Assembly (NCBI GenBank): GCA_951406725.2
Contig: OX597822.1
Coordinates: 3,286,001 to 3,350,000 of the forward strand
Reading direction: 5' to 3'
Length of the DNA stretch: 64,000 nucleotides
DNA from: Octopus vulgaris
Lineage: Eukaryota
Each line of letters opens with the position of its first letter. Within the stretch, counting starts at the first letter, position 1. Position numbers and translations under genes: made by a program. Of this stretch, positions 40,644-53,274 are shown piece by piece. The notes under the pieces are model-generated. The model made no database searches. It saw nothing but the letters and a program-made list of their open reading frames with translations, and had not been told where the DNA came from.

Positions 40644-40644
<1 letters not shown>
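40074..40644. repeat. Near-perfect inverted duplication (arms about 40074-40254 and 40470-40644)
   Basis: gtacttatttagctccaccatttttctgtcaacatctgctgcatg vs catgcagcagatgttgacagaaaaatggtggagctaaataagtac; each arm bounded by (TA)n. Confidence 0.95.
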
Positions 40645-40702
<58 letters not shown>

Positions 40703-41004
40703 TGTATCACAGGTACTATCTGAGCTCGTATAATGCATTGCCCACACGTAACGTTTCTTTATATTGAAGCAATAACATGTGTACTGCAAAGCAGAGATTT
40801 CCCCATTTCAAATAAGAAAAAAAGAGAAATTGAATGGTGGCTTTCTGATTTCTAATTTATATTAGATCACGTAGCTAACATTTGCCATTCTTTCACTTTT
40901 TATAAAGCATAATATTGAATGAGCAAAACTGTCCAACTTATGAAGCGCTTTAAGAGAATTCCGAAACACTTAAAGTTGAAATTACACATTGACAAATACA
41001 CACA

Positions 41005-41052
<48 letters not shown>

Positions 41053-41443
41053 CTCAAGCACACACATACACTATACACTCAAAATAAAAGGTACACATAA
41101 TACAAAAAAAATTAGTGACAATAGCGAAAAGAGTGTTTATAGACCATATTGAAAGAGGGCTTATAGAATATATTACAGAGGTACGGGTCGCTGGATTAAT
41201 TTATGAGATAAAAATGTACCATCATTTTCAACTATATAACATAACAAGTGCGATCACTTCAACCCGTGGTACGCCGTGTACCTGCTCAGGTAACGTCGAT
41301 TTGATGAATAGAGTTAGCTAATGTACGACACACACATTTGATAACTATAAGCAAATTATTTGCGTAGGTCATTCAGTAAAAGCTGAGCACTCAACGTCAT
41401 TTGCGTTGAGAAAATCTATCATATATATATGTATGTATGGATG

Positions 41444-41725
41444 TCATCGTCACCGTGACCGACCAGGCTATCAGATGTTGCTACACATCGCTGGTCACAA
41501 TGCGCTTCGCATTGTTTTTTAGCCTTCAAATGACGCCACCTTGCTGGCTAAGCGAGCTGGCCTACAGAAGAGAGAGTGAGAGACAGTTGTGGAGAAAGCG
41601 TACAGCAGGGATCACCACCACCCCCTGCAGGAGCTTCGTGGAGCTTTAGGTGATTTCGCTCAATAAACACTCACAACGCCCTGTCTGGGAATCGAAACCG
41701 TGATCCTACGACCGCGAGTCCGCTG
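41444..41725 (-). mobile_element. SINE family C, C2 tail (head slightly truncated)
   Basis: Colinear with 9920-10216 and 44595-44880. Confidence 0.9.
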
Positions 41726-42108
41726 ATGGATTACCCAATACTTTTCCAAGTAGAAATCTATTATTCTTATGCTATCATGTTGCTGACAGTGACTTCAAAC
41801 TTTCGGCCAACTCACCCAGTCCACAATAACTTAGCTGGCCGAAACTTCGAAGTCGCAATGACAACATTCTTTTTTAAGATAATATGTGTGTGTATGTATG
41901 TGTGTGTGTGTGTGTGTAAGTGTATCTGAGGAGGATTGCGTGTATGTGTGTTACGTATATGTGTACAAACTTAAGCAAAATAGTCTCAGTAAAAGATTTA
42001 TAGTTTATTAAAGTACGGGATCAAAAAGTGCTTCGTGTCGTTGCTATAATGTACTTTAGATCGAATGTATATGTGTATATGAGTGTACATATGAAATTGT
42101 GTTTATCC

Positions 42109-42213
<105 letters not shown>

Positions 42214-42224
42214 TATTTTACGCT

Positions 42225-42608
42225 TTTACTCTCTTGTTTGTTTCAGTAATTTGACTGCGGCCATGCTGGAGCACCACCTTTAATCAAACCAATCGACCCC
42301 AGAACTTATTCTTTGTTAGCCTAGTACTTATTCAATCGGTCTCTTTTGCCGAACTGCTTGTTACGGGGTTTAAACACACCAGCATCGGTTGTCAAGCGAT
42401 GTTGGGGGGACAAACACAGACACACATACATATATATATATATATATCACGGGCTTCTATCAAATTTCGTTTACCAAATCCACACAGAATGCTTTGGTCG
42501 GTCGTTGGCTATAGCAGAAGACACTTGCCCAAGGTGCCACGCAGTGAGACTGAACCGGGCCCATGTGACTGGTAAGCAAGCTACTTACCACACAGCCACT
42601 CATGCACC
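42225..42608 (-). mobile_element. SINE family B
   Basis: Colinear with 2701-3109. Confidence 0.9.
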
Positions 42609-42630
42609 GATATATATATATATATATATA

Positions 42631-42842
42631 TCACCTTGATCACCTTGATCGGCCAGTCCGTCAGGCGTCCATTTGACGCCGCTGGTCACAGCACGCTGTC
42701 CACTCTTCTCTGGATCGCGCCTTTCCCATCCACGTGATGCCAATCGTCCTCCTGAAATCGTAACTCCACCGTTGTGGAGGGCTTCCGGGTGTCCGTTTTC
42801 GCTCTCGCGGGTACCACTCGACAACTGCGCGGGTCCACTGAT
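42631..42842 (-). mobile_element. RTE LINE 3' end (5'-truncated) inside (TA)n
   Basis: Encodes QWTRAVVEWYPRERKRTPGSPPQRWSYDF (RTE C-terminal WxP..R..GRP..RW); tail (tcaaggtga)2. Confidence 0.88.
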
Positions 42843-42847
42843 TATAT

Positions 42848-42893
<46 letters not shown>

Positions 42894-43803
42894 GTATACA
42901 TGTATGTATGTGTATGGATATGTATGTACATACGTATTTCAGTATGCGTTCTGTAGTACAGTTGCCGATGAATATTACAATAAGAGTCAAAACATTCATA
43001 CATCTGTTCCTTAATTTACTGTCGTGGGAATGTATTGTAGAAACGAATTGTTTACTCACTTAGGAATATACGTTTTGGTACACATATCCATATATTTGTT
43101 CAATAATACATAAATATATTTTAATGTACTCTCACGCTCCCACTCTCTCTTTCGCTCTCTCGGTATTTCTCTCTCGCTTTCTCTTTCTCTAATTAGATAC
43201 ACAGTCACTCACTTTCCTATAACGTTTGTGTAATGACAAGGTGCAAATACACGGTGAGATTTTTGGTTTTCATTGCCTAAGGTTGGTACCAAGATCAAAC
43301 ATGTAGCATGTTGGAGCTACAGCATTTGAACTCCAGTTTAACTCTGTGGGTCGGAAGAGCAAATTTTTGCAAGGGTGAAGCCATTTTAGAATTGGGTGAT
43401 AAATGAGATTTCTATAGATTATGAAGTCTGTTTATCTACGAATGGTTATTAGAATCGTGTGTTTATATTTCTTATCAACCACGCCTAGATGTTGAAAGAC
43501 AGAGTTAAATAATACAAACATATAGGCGGCACAGTCTCTGAAATTTGTGCAGCCTCAAGGTTTCAACTACTATCGAAACACCACCATTCTCTGTATTCTC
43601 CGTATATCTACACACACAATCTCTCTCACACGCGCAAGCACACACCCAAACACTCACTAACATCGATACATACACCCACCCACCCACCAACACACAGAGG
43701 CACAGGCACATATTCACATATATGCATATATGCATAGATACGTGTACATGCAGGTTTATACACACGCGCACATGCATTATAAACATACATATCTATACAT
43801 GCT

Positions 43804-43840
<37 letters not shown>

Positions 43841-44010
43841 TGTACATTTAAACACATAAGAGATGACCCTAATAGGACATCTGACTCACTAGAAAGAGCA
43901 GTTAAACTCCAAACCACTAATAGTTGTAATTCTGAAAGATTGCCGAAACTATGCATAGTCCAGGAAAGATAGAGTAAGCGTTTTTATTTCTCATTCGCTT
44001 TCAGAATTAT

Positions 44011-44091
<81 letters not shown>

Positions 44092-44354
44092 TATATTTAT
44101 GCTTATATACCTATGAGTATAATTTTTGAAATTGAAATTTTATAGCGTAACTCAAGTTTTACGTCGCCGCGATCTTCAGCCGAGAGGTGTTAGAAGTAAC
44201 CTTTTAGGTATATTCTTTATATGAGGAAGGGGCTTCGTTCACCTCTAAACAATGTGTCGGTAACCCGCAGGAAAAGATGTTTTGCTGGGACTAAAATGTA
44301 GTAACATCGTCCTACGTGCGACTGCCACTACGTGTTGGGCAAGCGATGTTTACT

Positions 44355-44386
<32 letters not shown>

Positions 44387-44465
44387 ACACACACAGACTC
44401 TCTCTCTCACACACACACTCACACATTTATACATATATATGCTCTACATATATATATATATATGT

Positions 44466-44566
44466 AAAGGAGCGGCTGTGTGGTAAGTAGCTTGCTTACC
44501 AACCACATGGGCCGACTCAAGCCTTGTGAATTGATTTGAGAAACGGAAACTGACACAAACCCGCCG

Positions 44567-44570
<4 letters not shown>
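44466..44570 (+). mobile_element. Partial SINE family B head
   Basis: aggagcggctgtgtggtaagtagcttgcttaccaaccacatgg. Confidence 0.8.
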
Positions 44571-44594
<24 letters not shown>

Positions 44595-44597
<3 letters not shown>

Positions 44598-44880
44598 TCC
44601 GTGATCACCGTGACCGACCAGGCTATCAGATGTTGCTACACATCTCTGGTCACAATGCGTTTCGCATTGTTATAGCCTTTAAATGACGCCAACCCGCTGG
44701 TTAAGCGAGCAGGCCAAGAGAAGAAAGAGTGAGAGAAAGTTCTGGCGAAAGAGTACAGCCGAAGCCTCGTGGAGCTTCAGGTGTTTTCGCTCAATAAACA
44801 CTCACAACGGTCTGGGAATCGAAACCGCGATCCTATGACCGCGAGTCCGCTGCACTAACCCCTGTGCCATTGCGCCTCCA
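44595..44880 (-). mobile_element. SINE family C, C2 tail
   Basis: Head tggaggcgcaatggc..; tail ctgatagcctggtcggtcacggtgatcacgga. Confidence 0.92.
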
Positions 44881-44910
44881 CACACACATATATTTATATA
44901 TATATATATA

Positions 44911-45655
44911 TCACCTTGATCACCTTGACCAACCAGTCCGTCAGGCGTCCATTTGACACCACTGGTCACAGCACCCTGTCCACTCCTCTCTGGATCGCGC
45001 CTTTCTCATCCACGTGATCTCAATCGTCCCCCTGAAATTGTAACTCCACCATCGTGAAGATCTTCCGGGTGGTATTTTCCGCTCGCGCGGGTACCACTCG
45101 AAAAGCGCGTGCGTTCACCGATTATCGGTGAGCCGGGCGACGTGTCCAGCCCATCTATACTTGCTGCGTGTATACTCTGCGATGACATCTTCCATGCCGG
45201 ACTTCTTTCAACGAGATACCAAGCGTTGACCTTTCCATGGCTCTTTGAGCCGTTACCAGTCTTTGCTCTTCTCTCTTAGTGGTAGCCCATGTTTCACTAC
45301 CATATAATATGGCAGGCAGAACTGCACTGTTAATTAGGTTGGCGCGGGTGGTCCTGTCCAACCTTCCCTTGAGTACATCCCTTATGCCATTGAACGCCTT
45401 CCATCAGGCCCTTACTCTCCGTAAGATCTCCTTTTCGATATCTCGGCACATATTCACTTCCTGTCCCAGGTAGACATATTCCCTTACCTCCTCTATTTCA
45501 TCACTGCCGATCATCATTCAACCTGTTAGTACGTTGTCTGACCGCATGAACTGTGTTTTCATGCGGTTCACCTTGAGACCTACTGCAGAGCTTTTGATGT
45601 CGAGCTCCGTCAGCATGGTCTGAAGCTGATCCGTGTTTTCAGCGATGAGAACGAT
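44911..45655 (-). mobile_element. RTE-clade LINE, 3' part (end of RT through 3' tail), inside (TA)n
   Basis: IVLIAENTDQLQTMLTEL..VGLKVNRMKT..YVYLGQ..AVLPAILYGSETW; same (tcaaggtga)2 tail as 42631. Confidence 0.92.
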
Positions 45656-45674
45656 ATATATATATATATATATA

Positions 45675-45870
45675 TATCTATACAATATGTTACATTACTC
45701 GGTAGTCAAGATAAAACTCTGAGTTTCAGATGCCGAAGTGGAAATCCACAACACCATCTCTTCGGTTATCTGGCTATAACCGAAGAGATGGTGTTGTGGA
45801 TTTCCACTTCGGCATCTGAAACTCAGAGTTTTATCTTGACTACCGAGTAATGTAACATATTGTATAGATA
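45675..45870. repeat. Perfect 95-bp-arm palindrome with a 6-nt loop, containing a hammerhead-like motif
   Basis: Arms 45675-45769 and 45776-45870, loop ctggct. Confidence 0.97.
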
Positions 45871-45932
45871 AATTTCCTCTATTTACATAATATTGAGGTC
45901 TCTTTCTTTCTTTTGTTATCTTACCGTTTTAT

Positions 45933-45983
<51 letters not shown>

Positions 45984-45988
<5 letters not shown>

Positions 45989-46965
45989 TAAATTAGAGGT
46001 AAAACCACTATTAGGCAACTCAAACATTGATAGACATAAACCAAAACATAAAAAACAAAAAATAAATGTACTTAATAATATATACAATATATATATCAAA
46101 ATAAAATTTAAAATTTAAATTATTAAAATTTGAAATTTTTAAATTTATATTTATAAATTTTTATATTTTTATATTTTTAAATTTTTAAATATTTAAACTT
46201 TTTTTATCTAACCAAAAAGTATAAAAGAGTTAAACATAATATAATAACTAAAAACAATACGTACGTTTCATGGCTATAAATCAATTCTAATTACAATTAA
46301 GTTTAAATTCAATTAAAAATTCGAATTAAAATTATAGTCAATCTTCAGCTGAAAGATAATAATTAAATAAATAAGCAAATAGATTTAAACAATATTTGTA
46401 AAGAAATAAATAGAATAATAATTTTTCTTATAAAAAACTCTATTATCAAATTAGAAGTTTCTAATTTGATAATAAACTTAATTGTAATTAGAATTGAATT
46501 ATAGCCATGAAATGTATGTAGTGATTTTACTTATTATATTATATTTAACTTTTTTATACTTTTTGGTTAGATAAAAAAAGTTTAAAGATTTAAAAATTTT
46601 AAAATATAAAAATATAGAAATTTATAAATATAAATTAATAAATTTCAAATTTTAATAATTTAAATTTTAAATTTTATTTTTAGATATATATTGTATATTA
46701 CATTAATTAAATTTATTTTTTGTTTTTTGTTTTGGTTTATGTCTATCACTGTTTGAGTTGCCTAATAATTAAAAATTTTTTTTTTTATATATATATTGTA
46801 TATTATATTAATTATATTTATTTTTTGTTTTTTATGTTTTGGTTATGTCTATCACTGTTTGAGTTGCTTAATAGTGGTTTTATCTCTAATTTAATTTATA
46901 TTTATACTGTTAAATTTGATTTAATCCTAAATCTAATTTTTACCTGTGAGTTTGGATACACTGCC

Positions 46966-46972
<7 letters not shown>
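45984..46972. mobile_element. AT-rich family P1 fold-back element (probable Penelope-like inverted pseudo-LTRs)
   Basis: Inverted arms about 46007-46310 and 46473-46770, a further partial copy at 46790-46900, a perfect 16-bp hairpin at 46441-46474 and a hammerhead-like motif at 46255-46351 (-). Confidence 0.7.
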
Positions 46973-47005
<33 letters not shown>

Positions 47006-47565
47006 CGATATGCATTAGATATATATCACTCTACATTATATAATCAATTAATGGCCGAATATATCCACTATCCATAGGCAACATGTTTTTGTATACCCGA
47101 GTTTTAAACATCGGATTTTACGAGCGCAGGAAAAACGAAGAACAATTTAATTTTCCTTCAAATATTGGCCCCTACTTTTGTATTTGAAACATGAAACTTG
47201 TAACCCAACCACTAATTCGGATCCTAAACACAGACCTCAAACCATTATCCTACACTGATTCTTCAACTCTCACCGAAAACTGAAAATTTCCTTGTACGAC
47301 TCAATTTTTGTGTGTTTAATGCATGCAACACAAAATAAATATTTAGTAAAAAATATCAAAAATAGAAAAGTTTGTTGAAACGAAATATCTGCCGGCAGCC
47401 ATAGCTTAAAGAAAAAAGTACTGAGATTGTAAAACAGTTTTTGTTTTTCAGAACCATAAATATTTCATCCAGTGAATATTAGATAAAAATATTTGAGTTA
47501 CGCTTTACATAGTTCCACCAATGAACAATGTTTAATGCATTTATCACTTAAATGCAATATATATA

Positions 47566-47862
47566 TCTTTATATATAAAAGTGAAGTTGTGTGTCTGTCT
47601 CCTACGATTTAGATTCCTAACTACTCCTACATTTTGCGGTGCAGTTTAACCAAAAGCAGGTATCTTATAGTCGTGATTCATATCGAGCCCTTCTGGGTAT
47701 TAGCGCGCGTCTACAATGAGTCTACGATTTTTAAAAAAGTTTACCATCTTTTTTTCCCATTTTTAATGCATTTTCTCTATTATATAAGAGAAGTAACTCT
47801 CTAAATATGCTTATATAGTTATTTCCCTTACAAACCCGAGCAACGCCGGGCGATACTGCTAG
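47566..47862 (+). mobile_element. Complete non-autonomous Helitron
   Basis: a^TCTTTATATATAAAAG 5' end, subterminal hairpin cccgagcaacgccggg, CTAG^t 3' end; inserted between A and T. Confidence 0.92.
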
Positions 47863-48609
47863 TGCTATATAAATAAAGGTATTGTCCTCTTTGGGTTGTT
47901 AAGAACGTCGCTACCTAATGCGCATCACCGTTAAAATCATTTAAGTAAATATTGTTCTAAATAATGTAGTTTGACTTCTACGTTTCTAGTGTACATGATA
48001 GTGGAAGTCTTTATCTTTTGAAAAGTTGGTGGTTATCGAGCCACAACATCTAAATGTTTTAAATAGTGAATGAAAGGTAGTGGACGGTTAACTGCCGGCT
48101 GGATTTTCTAAAGCATCCAGGGTAACGGTGTCGTTAATGAAATTGAATGCATGAAATATTAATCAAATTCCGAGCTGATCAGAGAACCAAATGACTATTA
48201 ACTACTTCCCGATCGTATCAAACGTCGATAACAGAGAGTAAGAATGATTAACCGCAAATACACGCCAATGGAAGGTTTATACCAGCGTGGAGATGAATTA
48301 CTAAAGAGATGTACCGAGAAAGCGCGTCACCAGAAATTGTTATTCCAACACAATTTCCAAGAAAAACAATTCTTTGTGTAAGTTATCCACTATATGTATT
48401 ATTAGGTGCAACGGCGAATGTCAAAATAATGATCGGTGAAATCATTTTCCCATGTTTATCCCTAATTTGAAATTAGGCATTTGTAGCATAATCAAGTTGA
48501 AACGCATGCGATCTAATCATATAATCATCAGCCGACTGAAATATGTATCATGGATGTGAAGTACAATAGATTCATACTTATAAACCTCATGATAATTCTT
48601 TTTACTGGA

Positions 48610-48810
48610 AGCACAAGCACTCAAATGTGGGTGAAGGGATCAAGTTGATTACGTTGAACCTAGTGCGTAACTGGTACTTATTTAATTTACTCCGAAAGAA
48701 TGGAAGGCAAAGTCGCCCTGCGTGTATTTGAACTCAGAACGTAGTGGCAGACGAAATATCGCTACGCGTTTCGCCCGGCGTGCTAACGATTCTGCCAGCC
48801 CGCCGCCTTT
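48610..48810 (-). mobile_element. SINE family A
   Basis: gtgcgtaactggtacttatt...gaaggcaaagtcg...tttgaactcagaacgtag...tctgccagcccgccgcctt. Confidence 0.87.
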
Positions 48811-51749
48811 GTAAACCTCATCATAATATCCGAAAGAAATAACTTCACGAAAGTTAGAGAGAAAATTACCGATTATAAACTCTATAGAGATCGAATTCAA
48901 TAGGATATGACGTATAAATTTCGACATGATACCATAGTAGGTGCGGCGGCATTTAGAAAGTAAGTAATGGAAATTTTTCCTGCTCCTACTGAATCCAAAA
49001 GAACATTCCATTGGCAAGAATCATTCTACGGAAAGTGATGTCAATTGATATTCTTCCTATATCGCTCCCGGTGCCTAGTTATGATTAGGTCCCGCGGGAT
49101 GTGAAACAAACACTACAAAAAGATCAACAACACCAATAATAATAATTTCTAATTTAGATACATGTAGAATAGTTAAGCCGATTGGATTACCACGGGACAT
49201 TTCTCTATCGACCTCGGAGAGGTTAAAGGCAAATTTGACCTCGGTAGGATTTGAACTTCGAACGTAAAAAAAGAAAACGCTATTAATCACTGCAAACCAT
49301 GTTAATTTGACTTTCGAACTATTTTGCCTAAGGCAACCTTGTTAACAATTTCTTACATAGGTACAAGATATTACATCTGGGGGAAAAGAACTGAGAATCA
49401 AAACCACCCAGGTCTTGCTTGATACTCTGAAAATTTTGTCTTAGAGTTTCTTGCTGTTTGCAAGTCTTTCATAATCGTCTCTTCTAATTTCTTTAGCTCT
49501 TCCGTTAAGATATTTTCTCTATCGTTATTTATCTACTGAAACTTTCCAATGATGGATCTGTTCTAAGCCGGTTGCGGCGATAATGTATCACTGTTGACAG
49601 CCGTTGAAATATTGAGGATGCAGGTGTTTTTCGGTGCTGTGTTAGTCTGGTCTCTCTCAGTGATGACGTGGTACGTTTGTGCTAATACTCTCCTCGACTG
49701 TTGCTCAACAAAATTCCTAATCTAATCTCTAGAGGTCTTGAGCACCGGGAAAGATGCGTTCACTTTCTAGCCTGGTGCTCTCTAGACGTAATATGTAGGT
49801 CACAATTTCGTGGTCTCTGTAGCCGATCAGTGAAATTCTATAGATACTATATATTTGTCTGCTGCTCTAACAAATGCTCCATCTAGATACGATCTAGATG
49901 ACCTAACGTAAATGCTTTATGTCCATACTAGCGCATTCAGAAAATCCCATAAGAAAATTGGTATATTTTGAGCCTGTTTGGGGTTTTTGCACATGTTCCT
50001 ATCGGCTTGCCTGACACAATCCAGTCGTTTGTCTGAGATGCCGTTCCTGAATTAAAGAGAGAGGCATTCCCAACAAGTCCTTAGCTGCCTGAAGCAATTC
50101 GATCGACCTGTCACCAAGTCTAAAAGCATTCGCTTCGCTGCTTCTCTCATCCAAAACAGCATAATTTCCGGATCAAAGAAGAATCATACATAACCGCTTG
50201 ATTGAGACGTTTCGAAATAACACTACCTCTTATTATAGCGAATGAGGACAATTAAGATATACATGCACATCGTAGAGGTTAAAAGTGTTCCATCTGACAA
50301 TACAGTGAAGTCCAGGATGATATGTAGTCATTTGGATCGAGTGCTCCAAATTGACAAACAACCGCAGAAATTGTATTCACCTCAATAGACGTCATTGATT
50401 GATTGAAATTGCCGAAATGCAAGAAATTTAACAAGAAATAGCATACAAACTACAGAATTTTCTCAAGAAAGCCAAAAGAAAAAGATGTTTTATGTAACAC
50501 ACTACCAGAATACGAAGTTTAAAAGTGTTTAGTTACAAAGAAATTATTTTAAAAATCTGCCGGTCAAAGTGAAAAGATCTGAGGGATGTCGTTTGGTACG
50601 CGCGAGCTAGTTTGCATATTATAGGGGAGACCATGGTAATGTTAATGTTGTCACAATCGGGAAACTGAAGTAATAAAAGTGAATCATGAGGGAGAACTTT
50701 TATTTCTGCATTGTTAGTCTGGTCAATTATGGTTGATATCATTGCTGTTGTTGTTCATGGTGGAAGTAGTAGTAGTAGTAGTAGTTGTTGTAGTTGTAGT
50801 AGTAGCAGTAACAACAGCGGCAGTGGCAGTAGTAGTTGCAGTAGTAATAGCAATAACAATAATAACTTTAATGGTTTCAAATATTACCAGAAGGGCAGCC
50901 ATTTTGAGGGAGGGGATGACTGGATTACATCGACCCCGGTGTTTAACTAGTACGATGATGATAATGACGATGATGATGATGATGAGGAGGAGGAGGAGGA
51001 TGGTGAGGTGGATGATCAGTTGGAAGATGATGAGAGTGCTGATGACGATGTTGATGATAGTAATGATAATGATGTCACAACTCTAAGTGTAATACTAGAA
51101 AAATATAGCCTACACGCACACACACACATACACAGATACGCACGCACACACACACAAACACACACACACACACACACATACACACAAAACAGAAATATCA
51201 ACTACAAAAATAAGATTTCTAGCCATAAATTTATTCTGTCGATTCCTTCTTTTTCTTTTTCTTTTTTCTTTTCCTATATTCTTCTTATTTTTTTCTTTTT
51301 TTCTTTTCAGTTTTCTTAGTTTGAATTTAATTTCCTATTACGTCTATAGAACTGATTGTTGTTAAACGTGAGTTTGTACTGCTTAGAAATCTTACCAACA
51401 TTTTCTAAAACAATATATAAAGGTGTGTCTACATACACACACGCATGCGTATGTATATATATATATGTGTGTGTGTGTATACAAATATAAAACGCACACA
51501 CACGCGCTCACACAAACACGCAAACACACGAACTCAGACGTGTGCTTGTATCTTTGTGCGAATGTGCGTTCACAAAGAACGTTTGGCAAATTCTTTTTGG
51601 TAAGACGCAACTTGTTGAATTTTCTGAAGGTTTGTTTCATGCAGACAATGCTTCGGGGAGACGTGATATTTCTGCTGCTACACCATTCTGAAAGCTATTA
51701 GGAAAATTATACATACACACTTACATACATAATCCATATGCATATGTGT

Positions 51750-52058
51750 ATAAATACTTACGTACATACGTACATACACGTATACACTCATATATATATT
51801 GTGTTTGTGTGTTTGTGTGTGTGTGTGTCTGTGAATATATATATATGTATATATATACATACGTACACACACGCGTAGAGGATATAAACATATATACATG
51901 CACACACATATATACACATATATATGTATATGTATATATATACATATATATGTATATGTATATATTTATATATATATAAATATGCACATATATATATGTG
52001 TGTGTGTCTGTGTGTGTGACTGTGTGTGTGTGTGTATCCTCTACTTGCGTGTGTATGT

Positions 52059-52111
<53 letters not shown>

Positions 52112-52143
52112 ATATGTATACGTATATATTTATATATACATAA

Positions 52144-52185
<42 letters not shown>

Positions 52186-52219
52186 ACGTATATATTCATA
52201 TATACATAAATATATACAG

Positions 52220-52264
<45 letters not shown>

Positions 52265-52430
52265 GTATACGTATATATTTTTATATACATAAATATATAC
52301 AGATATATGAATATACATGTATATATGAATATACATGTATATAAGTGTGTGCATGTGAGTATGTCTATGTGTGTTGGAATTCACGTCTGCGTGCGTGTGC
52401 GTGTGCGTGTGTGTGTGTATGTGTTTATGA
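51750..52430. repeat. Compound (TA)/(TG)/(CA) microsatellite block
   Basis: Seen directly. Confidence 0.95.
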
Positions 52431-53022
52431 AACATTTCGGATATATCAGTACAAACTTGCGTCTGTGGAAGTAAACTTGTCACTGGAATACTACAGTACG
52501 TGTGTTTTCTACATATATATATAAATGTGTGTGAATGTATATATGTATACATATAAGTGGGTGTTTGTGCGTGCGTATACAAGTGTGACTGTATATGGCT
52601 GTGTGTGTGTTTGCTCCTGTGTTTCCGCGTATCTCTATGTATGTCTGTGTGTGATTCAAAGAACAAATATACAACATATTAGCACAACAAAGAAATAGAC
52701 TGAGAGGGTGGAGACAAAATAGCCAAGGGAGAGAGAGAGACAGAGAGAGCGAGAGAGAGAGAGAGAGAAGGGGAGAGAGAAAGAGGAAGAAGGAGGAGAG
52801 AAGGTAGGTAGGTCTTATGTTATATTCATACATATAGAACCTCTCTTGCGATATCCGCATCATATTGTTTCACATCACACATTGGTATCTATGAAATCAA
52901 AGATAGTCTGGCCTATTGATCAAAGCTTCCTTCCTATCCAACAACGACTATCAGCTACATACTTAAACATATTATTTTAGAATCTTTTCTGAAAATACAT
53001 TGTCAGTGCGTACTAAGCAATG

Positions 53023-53120
<98 letters not shown>

Positions 53121-53274
53121 TATATATATACATATATATAAATACACACACACACATATATATATATACACACATGTATATATATGAATATATATTTATA
53201 TATATATATATATATAAATATATATATATATGCATACATACATATAAATATATACATACATACATTTATATATA

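Noticed and set aside
43338-43508. piggyBac-like MITE (ttaactctgt / acagagttaa)
   Set aside because: Only a 6-bp inverted match inside TTAA; could be chance
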